IMG/VR virus record: IMGVR_UViG_3300037313_000650
Length of the DNA: 64,000 nucleotides
Origin: a virus
Taxonomy: Duplodnaviria; Heunggongvirae; Uroviricota; Caudoviricetes
Direction: 5' to 3' (one strand)
Made by a program: the position numbers and the translations under genes. Under the pieces are notes generated by a model. The model was not told the origin of the DNA. It searched no databases and saw only the letters and a program-made list of their open reading frames with translations. Position 1 is the stretch's first letter. Each line of letters starts with the position of its first letter. Shown one piece after another: positions 1-13,200 of this stretch.

Positions 1-3000
1 TGTAGGTCTCTTTGAGAAATGTATTTCTTATATAATTTAGAAGAGGAATATGAGCCACCAAATAAGTTGGAGATTGCAGAAGCTGCATTTACACCTAATA
101 TTCTTTTTTGGTTGATATTATTCATCCATAAGATGAACTTAGTAGCAGAAATAGCAGTTGGTTTGTAATCTTCCCCTTCAGGAATATCGAATTGGTAAAG
201 CTTACCCATTGGAGATTTGTTCCACCTTTCTCTAAGTCTAAACTGTACAGCAAAATCAGCATCGGTCTGTAAATGTTCTCCATTTACAATAGCTCTTACA
301 TGCTGTTCCAGAACTGTTGCATTTAAACCTTTCTCCTGAGATTCTATATATTTTCCACCCTTTTTATTTAATTTACCAAATTTATTTTGTTGTAAAGTGG
401 TTTTATTCTTTTCAAGGTGGACTAAAGAGCGTAATATTTGATCATTCTCCTGAAGGTATTGCTCTTTATGAATTTCCTTACTCATAAGTCCATATATCTT
501 AAATATATCAAATGATCTCTCTTCAGATGGTAATTTAGATATATAAGGAACAAATCTCTTCTCTAATTTCTTACCTGTAAATGGGTCTCTTGCGCCTTCA
601 TAATTTAATTCATAATCAGATACAGTTAATGATTTTCTAAAATCATCATATATATTATAAAGTGTGTTACTTCCCTTTTTAAGAATATTATTGTCTTCTA
701 ATGATATAATATCAGCAAAGGACTTTCTTATACTTGGCAAGAAACTATACATTTCAAACTCTTCTATAGCTCCAGTATCAGCCAATTGTTTATTCTTTTC
801 AACGAAGAAATTATATACTGCAAGTAATTCAGGATGACTTGCTATTTCCTGATATTTTGGAGATAGCCATTTATTTTCATTAAAACCTTTACTCCAAACA
901 AGTTTATTATGATAACCAAAGGCGGTAAGTGGATGTTTTAAAATATTATAATTCTTTTCAAAATTCATTACCTTCTTTCTTATGATCTCATTGTTTTTCT
1001 TTTTATTATCATCATAAGTAGAATTTTTCCAAAGCTTAAGATTCTCTTCCAATTGTTTATCATACCATCTTTGCCATGCGGCTATATCATAATTATCTTT
1101 TACAAAATTTAATATATCTGTAGCATCTTTGCTATCAAATGCTATTTGTCTAGCTTCATAAAACTTAGCATCTATTTTAGAATGTATCCTACCCTTTTCA
1201 AAATCTACTAACATTCCGATAGCTTGCTTTTCAGATAAACCTTTTTTCTTTCTCCACTGTTCAAAATCAAACTTTAAATCTTTTAACTTCTTTAAATCAT
1301 CATCTACAGCAAATGTTATTTTATTGTATGCTTTTTTAACAAGCTCATACATAAATCTTACAGAAGCAATGTTTTGAGAACCCATTGAACGGAATGTTTT
1401 CTGAAACATGTTTACAACCTTTTCAGGAAGGAGTAGGTTGAATATATTTTCCTTCTTAGCTTGAGAGTCTAAGAGTTCATCTCTCATTAAAGACATTTCT
1501 CCATTCAGGAAGGATAAGTCACTTGCACTTCTATAAAGTTTAGCTCTACTTTCTTTTGCTATAGTACCATCTTTTTGTAGGAAGGTGGACGGAGTTACCA
1601 CATTTGTAATAATATCCTGATATAATGCAATAGTAGAAAGTGCTTCAGATACATCTTGTTTATCAGCCTTCTTTAAAGCTTCTTTCTCTTTAAGAATTTG
1701 TTCAAGTTTTATTCTTAAATCTATAAAGTAAGTAGCTAGGTTATCTACAGAGTTAGTTGTTCTAATTTCATATATAGCTTCCTGAACATCTTCTAAGATA
1801 TTTCTATCATCTTTCCAATAACCTTTTTCTATATATTTTTGATATAATAATCCTAATTTTTCAATAATTTCATCTCTTGTTCTAGAACCTGTAGATTCTT
1901 CAGGGGAGATAATAGGTCTATAAGCTCTATCATCTTTAGATATTTTTGCAGGATCAGCATCTCCAATTGTAACTCCAGTAAGAGTATTTTTATCACCTAT
2001 CTTTTTATGATGAGTTCTTATAGGAATAGCCCTTAACTTACCAAACTTTTCAGCACCATAAGCATCTTTAAGTATCCTTTTATATTCATTTAACTGTATA
2101 TAATAACCTTCTTTCTTATAGTCTTTAGCACCCTCAATATCTTGTTGAAGTGTTGATTTCCAATCAAGTATGTCTATCGTACCGTTTGGAAGGACTGCAA
2201 GAAAGTCAATTGTACCAAAAATGTTTTTACTTGAATCATGAATTATTTGTTCAGTAAGGAATCTGGTTCCCTCTGGGTATTGATCCAGCATCTTACCTAC
2301 ATATATTACAAACTTTCTTAAAGATTCTTTCTGAACTTGGTTCTGTGGGATGAACGTTAAATTACCCATAGTTCTTTTCCTAAGTCCAGTAGTAGGGTCT
2401 ATCCATGCATTTACAACATCTTCAATCATTTCATGAATGGTAGTACCTTCTAGTGCAGCTTGATCATAAAACTCTTTTAAATCCTCATCAAATGATTTAT
2501 TACCAAATAGCTTCTTATAATATTCATCCTTTAGGTTAGATACCCTTGTTCCTTCACCTTCTACCTTTTTACCATCCTTATAATATTCATTATCAACTTT
2601 ATGGAAGTTTTCTTGAGAGGGTTTATTTTTTATAGATTCCCAAATCTTTTTGTTCTCCTTATTTTCTTCATCTATCTTATCATTCGATTTTGCAGAAAGA
2701 AATATATCATCTACAGATAGATCAACAAATTCACCAAATGACTTAGGATTTTCATTTATTGCTTCTAAAGCTTCTTTAAATGGGTTTTTATACTTTCCAA
2801 ATAACTCTCTAACCCATTGAATAATAGAGTCTAACCAAGATTTTGTTCTTAATAGTTTTTGCTGAGAAGCTTCAGTACCTTCTAGTTGGTTAATTAAATA
2901 TTCAGCAAGAAGTTTTGTTACTGCTTCTTCTTTTATTTTTTCGTAATTTAAAGTACCATCTTCATTTTGGTAGAGCGGATTATTTTTATATGCAGGGTCT

Positions 3001-4199
3001 TTCAATACATCCCCATACATTTTATAGTTGATAATCTCCTTTACCATTTGGTTATACAATTCTGGTCTTGATTGTTTTACCAATTGTAACAAAATTGTCA
3101 TAGCCTCTTCAGGGAGCGTATAGTCTTCCTGCCCTTCTACAATCTGCATTACTGCATTGATAAAATCAATATAAGCTCTACCTGAAATAGGTTGACCTTT
3201 GTATATAAGCTGTCCTACTGATTTAATATTAGTAAATCCTATAGCTTCTAACCAACCTAACACTTTGTTCTTTGTAATTTTATCAGCCTTAGAAGATAAT
3301 GTTTGAGAATCTTCTTCATCTATAGGAGTTGCTGATTGAAATATATCACTGTTATCAACATTATATAAGATATTGCGTTTATTTAACTTTTTCCATTCCT
3401 TAAATCCTTCTATATCTTGTTTATTCCCAAGTATGTGTATCTGTTCTGGTTCAAATGCTACTATTTCTGTCTTATAATTTTGTTTTTTTTCTATTAGATT
3501 ATCATCTGCTAACATATCAGTATACACAGAATCATAACCTTGATTATATAATTGTTCCTTATCCTTGTCAGAAATAAAACTTATATCATCTATTTTATTA
3601 ACGTATTTTGGATTTTTTAAGTTTAGTAAAACTGCCAATATACCAGAATATGTAGTGTCACTGTCTTTATATATCCCATTCTTCCAACTTTCAGGTAAAT
3701 CTCGTGTTTCTGAAAAATAAGAACCATTTGTCCAACCTACATCATCAGAAAGTATCCTTGTATTAAAGGTTTCAATTTTCTTTGCATTTAAACTACCATG
3801 ATAAACAATATCCTTTATCTTACTATCAGGAAATATACTATCAATATATTGAGAATATTCCTTAGTAGTACCTACCTTTGATAATTCAGGATTTTGGTTA
3901 AATACAAAATCTACTCCATTCTTTATATTCAGATTATTTCCTGAAGCAATTGAATATTCCCTTACCAAATCATCAGAAGGTTCAGCTACAGCAAATACAG
4001 CTTGATCCCCAAGCTGCATTACTACATCATCCTGAAATTCATCATTTATGGAATCTATAATATCCTGATAATTTGATGACTCATCTTTAGGATAATATAA
4101 CTCATCCTTTTTATCAAATAAGTTACTGTTATCCATCTTTTCAGATGCATAATCTACAATTCCATTTGCTATAGTTTCTCTATTTATGGGACAAGTCAT
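1..4199 (-). CDS. large hypothetical virion-associated protein, truncated at the window edge (at least 1399 aa; N-terminus inside the window)
   Basis: ATG at 4199..4197 (MTCPIN...). The frame stays stop-free down to position 1 in three spot-checked segments (1-60, 2041-2100, 4081-4140). It is absent from the ORF track only because its stop lies outside the window. It sits directly downstream of the giant ORF in the same orientation. Confidence 0.5.
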   Translation of the reverse strand, partial: MTCPINRETIANGIVDYASEKMDNSNLFDKKDELYYPKDESSNYQDIIDSINDEFQDDVVMQLGDQAVFAVAEPSDDLVREYSIASGNNLNIKNGVDFVFNQNPELSKVGTTKEYSQYIDSIFPDSKIKDIVYHGSLNAKKIETFNTRILSDDVGWTNGSYFSETRDLPESWKNGIYKDSDTTYSGILAVLLNLKNPKYVNKIDDISFISDKDKEQLYNQGYDSVYTDMLADDNLIEKKQNYKTEIVAFEPEQIHILGNKQDIEGFKEWKKLNKRNILYNVDNSDIFQSATPIDEEDSQTLSSKADKITKNKVLGWLEAIGFTNIKSVGQLIYKGQPISGRAYIDFINAVMQIVEGQEDYTLPEEAMTILLQLVKQSRPELYNQMVKEIINYKMYGDVLKDPAYKNNPLYQNEDGTLNYEKIKEEAVTKLLAEYLINQLEGTEASQQKLLRTKSWLDSIIQWVRELFGKYKNPFKEALEAINENPKSFGEFVDLSVDDIFLSAKSNDKIDEENKENKKIWESIKNKPSQENFHKVDNEYYKDGKKVEGEGTRVSNLKDEYYKKLFGNKSFDEDLKEFYDQAALEGTTIHEMIEDVVNAWIDPTTGLRKRTMGNLTFIPQNQVQKESLRKFVIYVGKMLDQYPEGTRFLTEQIIHDSSKNIFGTIDFLAVLPNGTIDILDWKSTLQQDIEGAKDYKKEGYYIQLNEYKRILKDAYGAEKFGKLRAIPIRTHHKKIGDKNTLTGVTIGDADPAKISKDDRAYRPIISPEESTGSRTRDEIIEKLGLLYQKYIEKGYWKDDRNILEDVQEAIYEIRTTNSVDNLATYFIDLRIKLEQILKEKEALKKADKQDVSEALSTIALYQDIITNVVTPSTFLQKDGTIAKESRAKLYRSASDLSFLNGEMSLMRDELLDSQAKKENIFNLLLPEKVVNMFQKTFRSMGSQNIASVRFMYELVKKAYNKITFAVDDDLKKLKDLKFDFEQWRKKKGLSEKQAIGMLVDFEKGRIHSKIDAKFYEARQIAFDSKDATDILNFVKDNYDIAAWQRWYDKQLEENLKLWKNSTYDDNKKKNNEIIRKKVMNFEKNYNILKHPLTAFGYHNKLVWSKGFNENKWLSPKYQEIASHPELLAVYNFFVEKNKQLADTGAIEEFEMYSFLPSIRKSFADIISLEDNNILKKGSNTLYNIYDDFRKSLTVSDYELNYEGARDPFTGKKLEKRFVPYISKLPSEERSFDIFKIYGLMSKEIHKEQYLQENDQILRSLVHLEKNKTTLQQNKFGKLNKKGGKYIESQEKGLNATVLEQHVRAIVNGEHLQTDADFAVQFRLRERWNKSPMGKLYQFDIPEGEDYKPTAISATKFILWMNNINQKRILGVNAASAISNLFGGSYSSSKLYKKYISQRDL

Positions 4200-4257
4200 A
4201 TATTTCCTAAAGTTATTATATTTTAATTAGTTATGCAAATAAATTTTATGAAAATTA

Positions 4258-7200
4258 TTATGTACATCTAGGTTTAATAGGTGGCTTATTTGGAGGTGTT
4301 ACTTCATTAGTTTCTTCAGTAGAGGATTCTCCTTCAAAAGGTTTTATATCATATACATATAGTTTTCCTTTACCAGAAATCCAATCCTTACTTTGTTGGA
4401 ACTTTAAAGCTTCTACCTTATCTAAACCTTCAGAAGCAAGCATAGCTTGTAGTCCACCAGCTTCTTCAATTGTTAAATATCCTCTATTTGTAATATTATA
4501 GATATTACCACCAATCATTCTTGGTTGAGTTTCACCTACAGGAATACCTATTTTGTCAGCCTGATTTTTACTTTTAATGGTAGTAGTTTTAATACCTTCA
4601 GCTATCTTAATGATATTTGAAGGTTGAAAATCCATAGTTTTAACTTTTTTTCCTTCTACTATAGTAGTTTTCTCCTTTTGGGCTGCTCTAGGTTTAGCTA
4701 TAGTTCTAGGTGTTACAATTGCCTCTGTTTTCTTAGTTACCATATTTATAGGATAAAGCTTTCCACTTTTATCATTAGTAGAACCAACAAGTTCTTCATC
4801 TGATAACTCTTTAAATGCAGGGAAATTCAGTATTGACTTCATACCTACTACGGTTCCACCTTCAGTTTCATATAAAGGTTGTACTTCATTAAAATCTCTT
4901 GAACCATATTTATTAATAGGTTTATATAAAAGATTAATAGATTCTTTGCCCTCTTTATTCTTACTAATCATAAATCTAGCATGAGAAGAATTCTCTAATC
5001 CTACCTTTTTATATAATTGGTCAAACAAGAATGAATAGTCACCCTTCTTCATCATTTTTCCTATAACATCTTTAGGTTTATATATTTCTCGACCATTCAC
5101 TACTTTTCTTTCAAGAAACTCTGGTTTAATAGCAGGAATAGATATAATATTTGGTGCTGTTTTCCAGTAATTACCAACATCGTTTGTATCTGTATCACCT
5201 TGATTTCCTCTATAACCAGCCCATATCATAGCAGGGTGAATATGATTTACTATTTGATTTCCTATAACTTTACCGAAGAAAGTTTGAGAAATCTTATTAG
5301 GTGGTTTACTTTTACCATTTCTCCAAGAAGCTTTTGGTTCTAATTCATAATCACCTTTTTCATTTGGAGCTAAGAAATGCATAGAGAATTGTGTCTTTTG
5401 AGGGACAATACCCTTCTTATAGTATGAGTTTCTTTGTACTTGCTCATCCAGATTAGAAAAGTCTGCATCATCTATTTTATCTAGAGCAGGTTTGGTAATA
5501 TCGGTTAAACCAATATAGTTATCTGTACCATTTACAGGAAGTAAGTCTAAGAAACTTCTTCTACCAAAACGAATACCAAATTGAATATAAGCCCCATAAA
5601 CTAAAGCTCTATAGAACTCACTCATTTGTATAGCAAATTTCTTATGCCTTTCCTGTGTATAGTTTCTTTCATCAATAGAACCCATCTGAATTAAACCTTC
5701 AGTAATTCTTTCCTTTAACAGGAAATCATCATTCATAGGTTTCTTTTTGAATTCCATTAACCATATACCCAGATTATCATCCTTACGGAATTGTAAATTC
5801 TTTAAGAAGTAGTTTCTTTTGAATGTAGTTGGATATGCTTCTCTTAAAGCATCATATCTATTCTTTAAATTATATGGTTGTTTTGTACTAAAGAATTGCT
5901 TACTAAACTTATACAGTTGAGTATATACATCTTTAGATTCCCCATTCTCAATTACGACTCCCGGTACTTCTACCTCAGTGTTCACCAAAGAGTCAATCAT
6001 TGCTGACTCATAATGCTTCATAGCATTTACAAAGTCATCATTACTAATAAATGGATTTTGGTCAAACATTCTTGCAGCAATACTACGCAATGCATTTTTA
6101 GGATTTTTTCTCTGTAGAGCAAACAGGTTAATGTTTGAAAATAAACTATCAAACCATTTTAATAGTTTAATATCATTCTTTACTGCTGTATCTTCTCTTA
6201 GGGCTTCAGCACCATTAATAACATTATCTCCATCAATTTTTACAATCATATTACCAGACTTAGCTCTTTCTAGCTGTAAATCTTTTTTGGTTATGATGTG
6301 TGCATTTCTTATAGATGCTGTATCATGGTTAGAAGCTTGAATATTTTCCAACAGATGATTTGAGTACATTCTTACCTTCAGGAAGTTTACAAATGCGTGA
6401 AAGTTGGCTATTTTTTCTTCTTTAGTCCATTTTACTTCAGTTGCAGGTATACCCTTCTTTCTATTATCTTCAGCTTTTTTAATTAATGATGCCAATTGTT
6501 CATCAGTAAATCTATAATCAGAATTGTATTCACTTTCTTCTCCTGCAAAATCATCTAAAATACCTTCTACTAATTCTTTATATTTTGAATATTTAGATTG
6601 ACCAAAATATGTTTTATTATCAAAGAATAAATACTCCTTTAAGAATTCCCTAATTGCAGGATTATATAAGAATAATGCGGCGGTTTTACCCCTTACTCCC
6701 ATTCTTTCCAGAAGTACATAGGAACCAGCAAGTTCTGTATGCATACCCATTTCTACAATATCAGGTTCTTTTGCAACGTCCACAGCACCAGAAATATAAG
6801 CTGAAATCTTATCCATTGTAAGTTTACCTTCAGCATCCCTTACGGTAGATATAGGAATAAACTTGTGACCATTGATCTCTTGCATTTTAATATCTGAGAA
6901 TGGTAGATCAATATGATCCTCATTAAGTTTCATCACCATACTATCAATATCCTTATAAGTACCTAGTTCAGATATACCAATACCAGTAATTTGAGAATTA
7001 GCAAAATTGGTCATTGCTACGGCAAAAATACCAATGTCGTATTTACCTTTAGCAAACTGATTCCTTTTAGAAGAAATATACTCATTTGAAACTAATCTGG
7101 TATAATCCAATTCTTTAGCTTCAACTTCTTTACCTAATGCGTCAAACACTGCCTTCTTGTTATCCTTGATGTGTTGTACTGAAGCAGGGGAAAGTAAGGC

Positions 7201-10200
7201 TTCAAACATATTAGGTGAAGAAAGTACATTTCTAATAGATTGGAAGTATTGATTTTCTATAGCCCCTTTAGTATTTTGTAGATACATAGGTAGCTTACTA
7301 AAGTCATCAAAAGAGACAAAACCATTAAATTCAGCTATTAAATTAGCAACTTTGAAACGGAAATTATCCATTAAGGATTGATTTTCCAGTTTGTTTGCAG
7401 CTTTTAATGAACGGTATTCATTTATTAATTCTTCAGTTATTCCCATAGCTTTTAATACATCCTTATAATTTAGTATTAAATTTTCTAATATGGGTAGAAC
7501 TTCAGCTTGGTGTACCACCTCTTCTTTTATTTTACCATCTTTAGTTTTTAAAGGAAGAATTAATCTAGTACCATTTTCAAATTCATTAATCCATTTATCT
7601 GTATATGTTAAATATCTTAAAATTTTCTCTGCACCTTCAATACCATTTACTCTGTAATCTGCTTCTGTGTCCCAATATTGTTGTTTTACAGGAAGAGGTA
7701 AGTCATGAAATATTTCTAAACCTGCTTCATAAATAGATTCTTGTTCATCCTTAGAATTACCAACTTTACTCTTCTTATGTTCTAATTCTTCATTATTTGA
7801 GTCAATTATTTCAGAGATAGTCTTATATTCTTGACTACCTTTCATTTCATCCATGATAACACGATATTCTCTCTCCTTAGATTTAATAAAGGATACAAAC
7901 CTCTGTTCAGGAGTAGAATTGTTATCATCCTTAAATTCTTCAAATTCAGGTAGCCCATCCTTACCTAACTTCCAGTTATTCAGGTAAGTACTTAATTTAT
8001 CAACGTCAAAGTCAGAACCTGCTTTGGTAGTAATTGCAGATGGTACTACTACTGCATCTCCAAATGCTTCAGGTAAAAATCCTTTAATCTTAAAGAATTC
8101 TAGTGAAGATGTGGCCTGAGTAGGAATACGGAAACCAATACCTTCCAATAGTTTAGGATTTTTATTCAAGTGATCTAATAGCTCTTGTTCACTTAGAACT
8201 TTTAAACCTTTGGCTTTTCTTGCTATATTTACTTTACGTAAGTAAATGTTAGGAAGATATATTTCCATTGGGTTAGTTTCTCCTGTTTCAGGATTTACAG
8301 AATAGAAAGCTAGATCAGAAGAAGTCATTACCAATTTTTTACCTTCTGCTTTTAACCTATCGAAATCGGCCTCATTATCCACTTCTACCCATTTACCAGA
8401 TTCATCTTTATATGTAGCCTTTCTGGATTTAGAGAAGAAAGCAGATGAAACCTGAATATAAGGTTTACCATTAACTGACATAGATGTAATTGATTTATCA
8501 GCAATAGCCCATAACAGGTTTGAAATAGTTGTGTAGGAAGGTGTAGTTTCAGCAGGATTTTTAAAAGCTTTTAGGTCTTCTTCTAATTCAAAGTTGGAAA
8601 GATTATTCTCATCCATTCCAAGTCTAAGTAATTCATCCTTAATATATTCCTGAATCTTACTTAAATCATCAATGGAATATTCTATACCACTTTCTTCTGA
8701 GTAGTTCCACTTAACACCCAATTCAGTAAATCTATCTAAAGTATTTTTCATCTTCAGGTGTCTTAAGGTTGTTATAGTACCTTGAGGACCAAATACTTTA
8801 GCATAATTTTCAGACTCTTTTATTTTATCTTCTTCACCCAATAAATCCCAAAGTTCCTTTCTTTCCTTTTCACTAATTTCTTCACCCTTCATAAAGTCTA
8901 CAGGAATCCCATTCTCAAACAGGTTAAGATTGATATCTTTAGTTAACTGAGAACCAATTGTTTGATGTTTATCATCAGCATTTTGAGTTTCTACCTGAAT
9001 ACCAATAGTTTTTAAATCAATTTGAGTTTTTGGATTACCCTTACTGTTTAGATCATTTTTAGTGAATGGATCAGCATAATAGCTTGTAATTTTATTTTCA
9101 TTATCCAGTTTTAAACCTACCTTTTTAGTAGATTTAAAGTTTAATAATTGATTTTTATCCTTTAATAAATCCACATATGTATCCAGTAGCTCAAATTGTT
9201 TAGCTACTTGGTAAGACATAAAATGTACTGAGTGCTTCAGAAGTGATTGATTACCATCTTCATCTACATAAGGCATTAATGTTTTTACAGGAGATAGTTT
9301 AGCGGCAGGAGGATTTTCTTTATAGAACTCTACAATTTTCTTATCTAATTCCTGTAATTCATTATTACCATTATAATTATAATAATGTGGGTGATTTACT
9401 GGTAGTTGAGAAAGCTCCTGTCTCATCAAAGCAGTATCATACTGATAGAACTTTTCATGTTCATCAGTCCATCTCCATCCTGATTTGATTAATAAATGTC
9501 TAGCAAAACCTAGTGTACCAATAGATTGACCATCTGATTCATTGGTTTTTTCATATTCATTTAAGAACGTTTTAGCAAATTCAGAATCTTTATCTATAAG
9601 ATTATTTACAGTAGTAGTGGATACTACAGTAAAATCATCTACAGTTCTTTCATTGATATGATCACTAAAATCTGTTCTAAACCAATCATTAGGGGCAAGT
9701 TCTACCTTATCGTCACCTAATACAGCAATGTTTTTATTTTCATTTAACCAATCATTTAACTCACCATTTTTATCAGAATATGTTTGTTCAATAGGACCAA
9801 ATAAAGATTTAGCCCTTTTTTCAAAATCTTTATATTGAGCAGGATCACCGAATACCATTTTAAACGTTTCCATATTACCTATTATGGAGTTAATTTTTTG
9901 GTATTCAACTAAAGAATTGAATTGAGATTCATTCATATTAGCTACCCCACTATCAATAGAGAATGAACCTGAATATTTCTGAACAAATGAACCATTCAGA
10001 GATTGCATGTAATATCCACCTGCATCACCTACAACAAGTCTGTTGTCAAGTAAGGCTTGTTTAGTTTCTGCTACTTCATGTTTCAGGTAGAAATCTATAG
10101 CTTTAATAATCTTATTTTTTAATTTTCTATCATTTAATATCTTTTCAGAAGATTCACCTGCATCTAATCTTTTATAGATTTCATCAAGAATAGCTGTAGA

Positions 10201-13200
10201 AGTTTTACCATCCTTAGTATGTTGTAAAATATCTTTAAAGAATCTCAGTGATCTACCAATTTCTCTACCATTAGAATGTTTTTGAGAAAGTTGAGCAAAC
10301 CCTTTATTACCTTCTATAACAGCATTTATTTCTGATCTCAACTTAGGTAAGAATATGGTTTTGATAATTTCATCACCTTTTTCTTCCAATAGATTTTCAC
10401 GAAACTGTACAAATTCTCCAAAGTTAAACACCCATTCAGTTTCAGAATCAGCAGGAATAGAGTAGTACAATCCAGATAAACTAGCTTGGAATTGTAGGAA
10501 GTATCTATCGCTTTCTTCCAATTTTGCAGTTTTTGTACCTTCCTGTTCTTCTAAATCCTTAATACCTTCCATGTACCCAAGAGAGATATTAAAGGAAGTA
10601 TTTCTAGTACCATCCTTGTTGAACAGTTTGGACATGATAATAGAATCCTCAGCAAAGTATGTATCCAAATTTGGAAACTTTGCTATAAGTTCATCCCTAG
10701 TTTCAACATTATTTATTTCAGTAACTAACCTAGAGGCAAATGAAGGAGTAATATATTTTTGTTGAGGTTCATTATTAATATTATAGAATTGTGTACTTAC
10801 TTCACCTGCATCTAACTTTTCATCTAAGAAATCCATCAAATCTTTGGAAATATAGTTAAAAATATCCAAAGATTTAATACTGATATTACCAGCCACTTTA
10901 GCTTCAGTCATCTTATTTCTGATTTTATGAAGCAGGGTATTTAACTTATTTCTTTCATCAATAGTTAAACTTTTATACAACTTAGGTGTAATCATCTCTG
11001 ATAAACCTAAATATTCTATAAACTTTTCTACTTTTGGATATTTACCATCTTCCTTTTGTGTAAACTCAGCAAGAGAGGTGGGCTGGAATTCCTTTTTAGC
11101 TACAAGTATAGAAGTGCCATCCTTGACAACTTTACTATATAATAATGATTGTTGTGACCTTAATGAACTTTCTATAGTTCCTATAATATTTTCAAAGAAT
11201 GACCTCTTTGTAGATGAAATTATTGCAGATGTACCACCACCAACAATAAATACAAATGGTTCTGGAGAATGCTTCGAAACATAATTATGAAATTTAACTC
11301 TTAAATTCCATGCAGCTTCTGGATTTACATTAATTCCGAACAATCTGATGTAAAGAGAAGTCCACACAGCTTTCTCCTCATCCATTGTAGCTACTAGTTT
11401 TTTTATTTTTTCTGCATTTTTAATAGCTTCAATCTCTGCAATTCCAGAAAGCTGTTTTAACTTATTCTTAACTTGTGTGAAATCATTCAATCCTTTAAAC
11501 TCATCTAATGCTTTCAACATATAGTCATCATATTCTACAAGATTAGTCATGTAGATTGATGAAGGTTTTGGTATAGGTTGTCCAGCAATTGAATTATCTA
11601 CAGTTATAGTTTTACCTTCTGGGTTAAATTTCATCTCCATTAATGAACCGAATAAAAATCTAATAGACTTAGAAGCTGATTTTTTACCAGATGTTTTAAA
11701 TACATCTTGTAAATAATCATTTCTATTCTGCATTTCTTTTCTTTCATCAGTTTGTTCTATATCATTCTGTTCAAACTTAATAGAGAATTTTCTTAAGAAA
11801 TCCTTATGTGTTTGTACAAGTTCTCTCCAATTATTTAAACCATATTTAATGAAATCTATAGATTTAAGATAGTTCTTTTTTAGATTTTCATCCTTTTCAT
11901 TTTCAGCAGCACCAGTTAATGTATCAATTCTTTCTTGGAATTGAGCCTTTATAGGTTCATATACACTTTCATCTGTTTCATCAATTTCATCCAGAGATAC
12001 TAAGGATTTAGGACTGCTCATAAGATTACGAAGCATATATGCAGTGACACCTTCCAATAAGTCTCTCTTTACTTCAACTGGTACTCCGGCCAGTCTATAG
12101 TTAGCAGCAAATCTATCTTCCCTTCTAAGTTCTCTTTTTGCAAATTTTCCAGTATCAATCTTAGAAAAGATTTGTTCAATTGTAGGTCTTACAGAGAAGA
12201 ACTTCTTAATGAAATCCCAAATTATCTGGAAATAACTTCTTGTTTGGTGTTGACTTGGTGCTTTCTTACCTAATTTAAAATCTTTAAATTCTTCAGCTAA
12301 TTGTTCCTTTGCTTCATGGGCAGTAGCATCCTTATAATTTATAGTTCTACCAGTTTCTCTATCAGTAAAACTGCCATTTCTGGAAGTAAACTCTTTATAT
12401 AATGCATTCCATTCCTTATCTGTTAATAATTTATTAACTACAGCTTCAAATACTTCGTGATATCCTGTACCTTCTTCAGCCAGTTCATATAGCTTAATTA
12501 CATTATTTACAAATTGACCCCATGCTTCTAAATTATCAGATACTTTTATAGGAATTTTAAGTCTATCTACAGGGAATTGAGGAATCATTCTTTTAATCTC
12601 TGCAATGACAGAATCCAAGTCCTCCTCGGTTTTGAAAGGTCCAGATTTGGCTACCCTGAACAAACCTAAATTAGATAATCCACCATCTCTATAGTTCGGT
12701 ACTTCGCTAGGTGGTTCTTCTGAATCCTTGATTTCTTGTGAAACAGGTTCTACTATTTCTTCTTTTTCCTCAGTATCATAACCATATGATTCCATAATAC
12801 CTGCCATTACAGCATCAGTTAATGCTGAACCAGTTCCTTGATTAGCAGGTTTGGGGTTAGATTTTGGTTTTGATGCTTCTTTTTTCTTTGGTTCTTCCTT
12901 TTTCTTTTCTTGTTTTTCAGGTTTAGTCTCTTCATCATAACCATAAGACTCATAGATACCTGCCATTACACTATCCATCAGGTCTGAACCAGTAGATTTT
13001 TGTTTAGCTTTTTGCTCTTTCTTTTCAGTTTTTATAACTTCAAAATTACCTTTAGTTTTCTTCTTAGCAGTAGGTACATTATCAGTTTTTACAGATATAG
13101 ACCTGAATTCATATGGACGATATGGTTCTGTAGTATTCTCTACCTTATGTTGTTCTTCAGTTTTAATAGCTGTAGTTACAGGTATTGAAGTTCTTTTAGA

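Noticed and set aside
6131-6340. Plus-strand ORFs of 60 to 153 aa nested inside long minus-strand genes (6131, 10571, 11078, 13000, 14333, 17297, 17660, 20275, 21842, 21850, 23066, 24174, 24550, 26040, 31852, 32500, 33601, 40177, 40734, 48041, 49466, 49766, 50126, 51801, 51905, 53358, 54701, 55608, 57711, 58243, 58801, 59366, 62853 and others)
   Set aside because: Antisense to strong, long, protein-like ORFs. Low-complexity, Phe/Leu/Ile/Ser-rich translations typical of AT-rich antisense frames. No independent signals.
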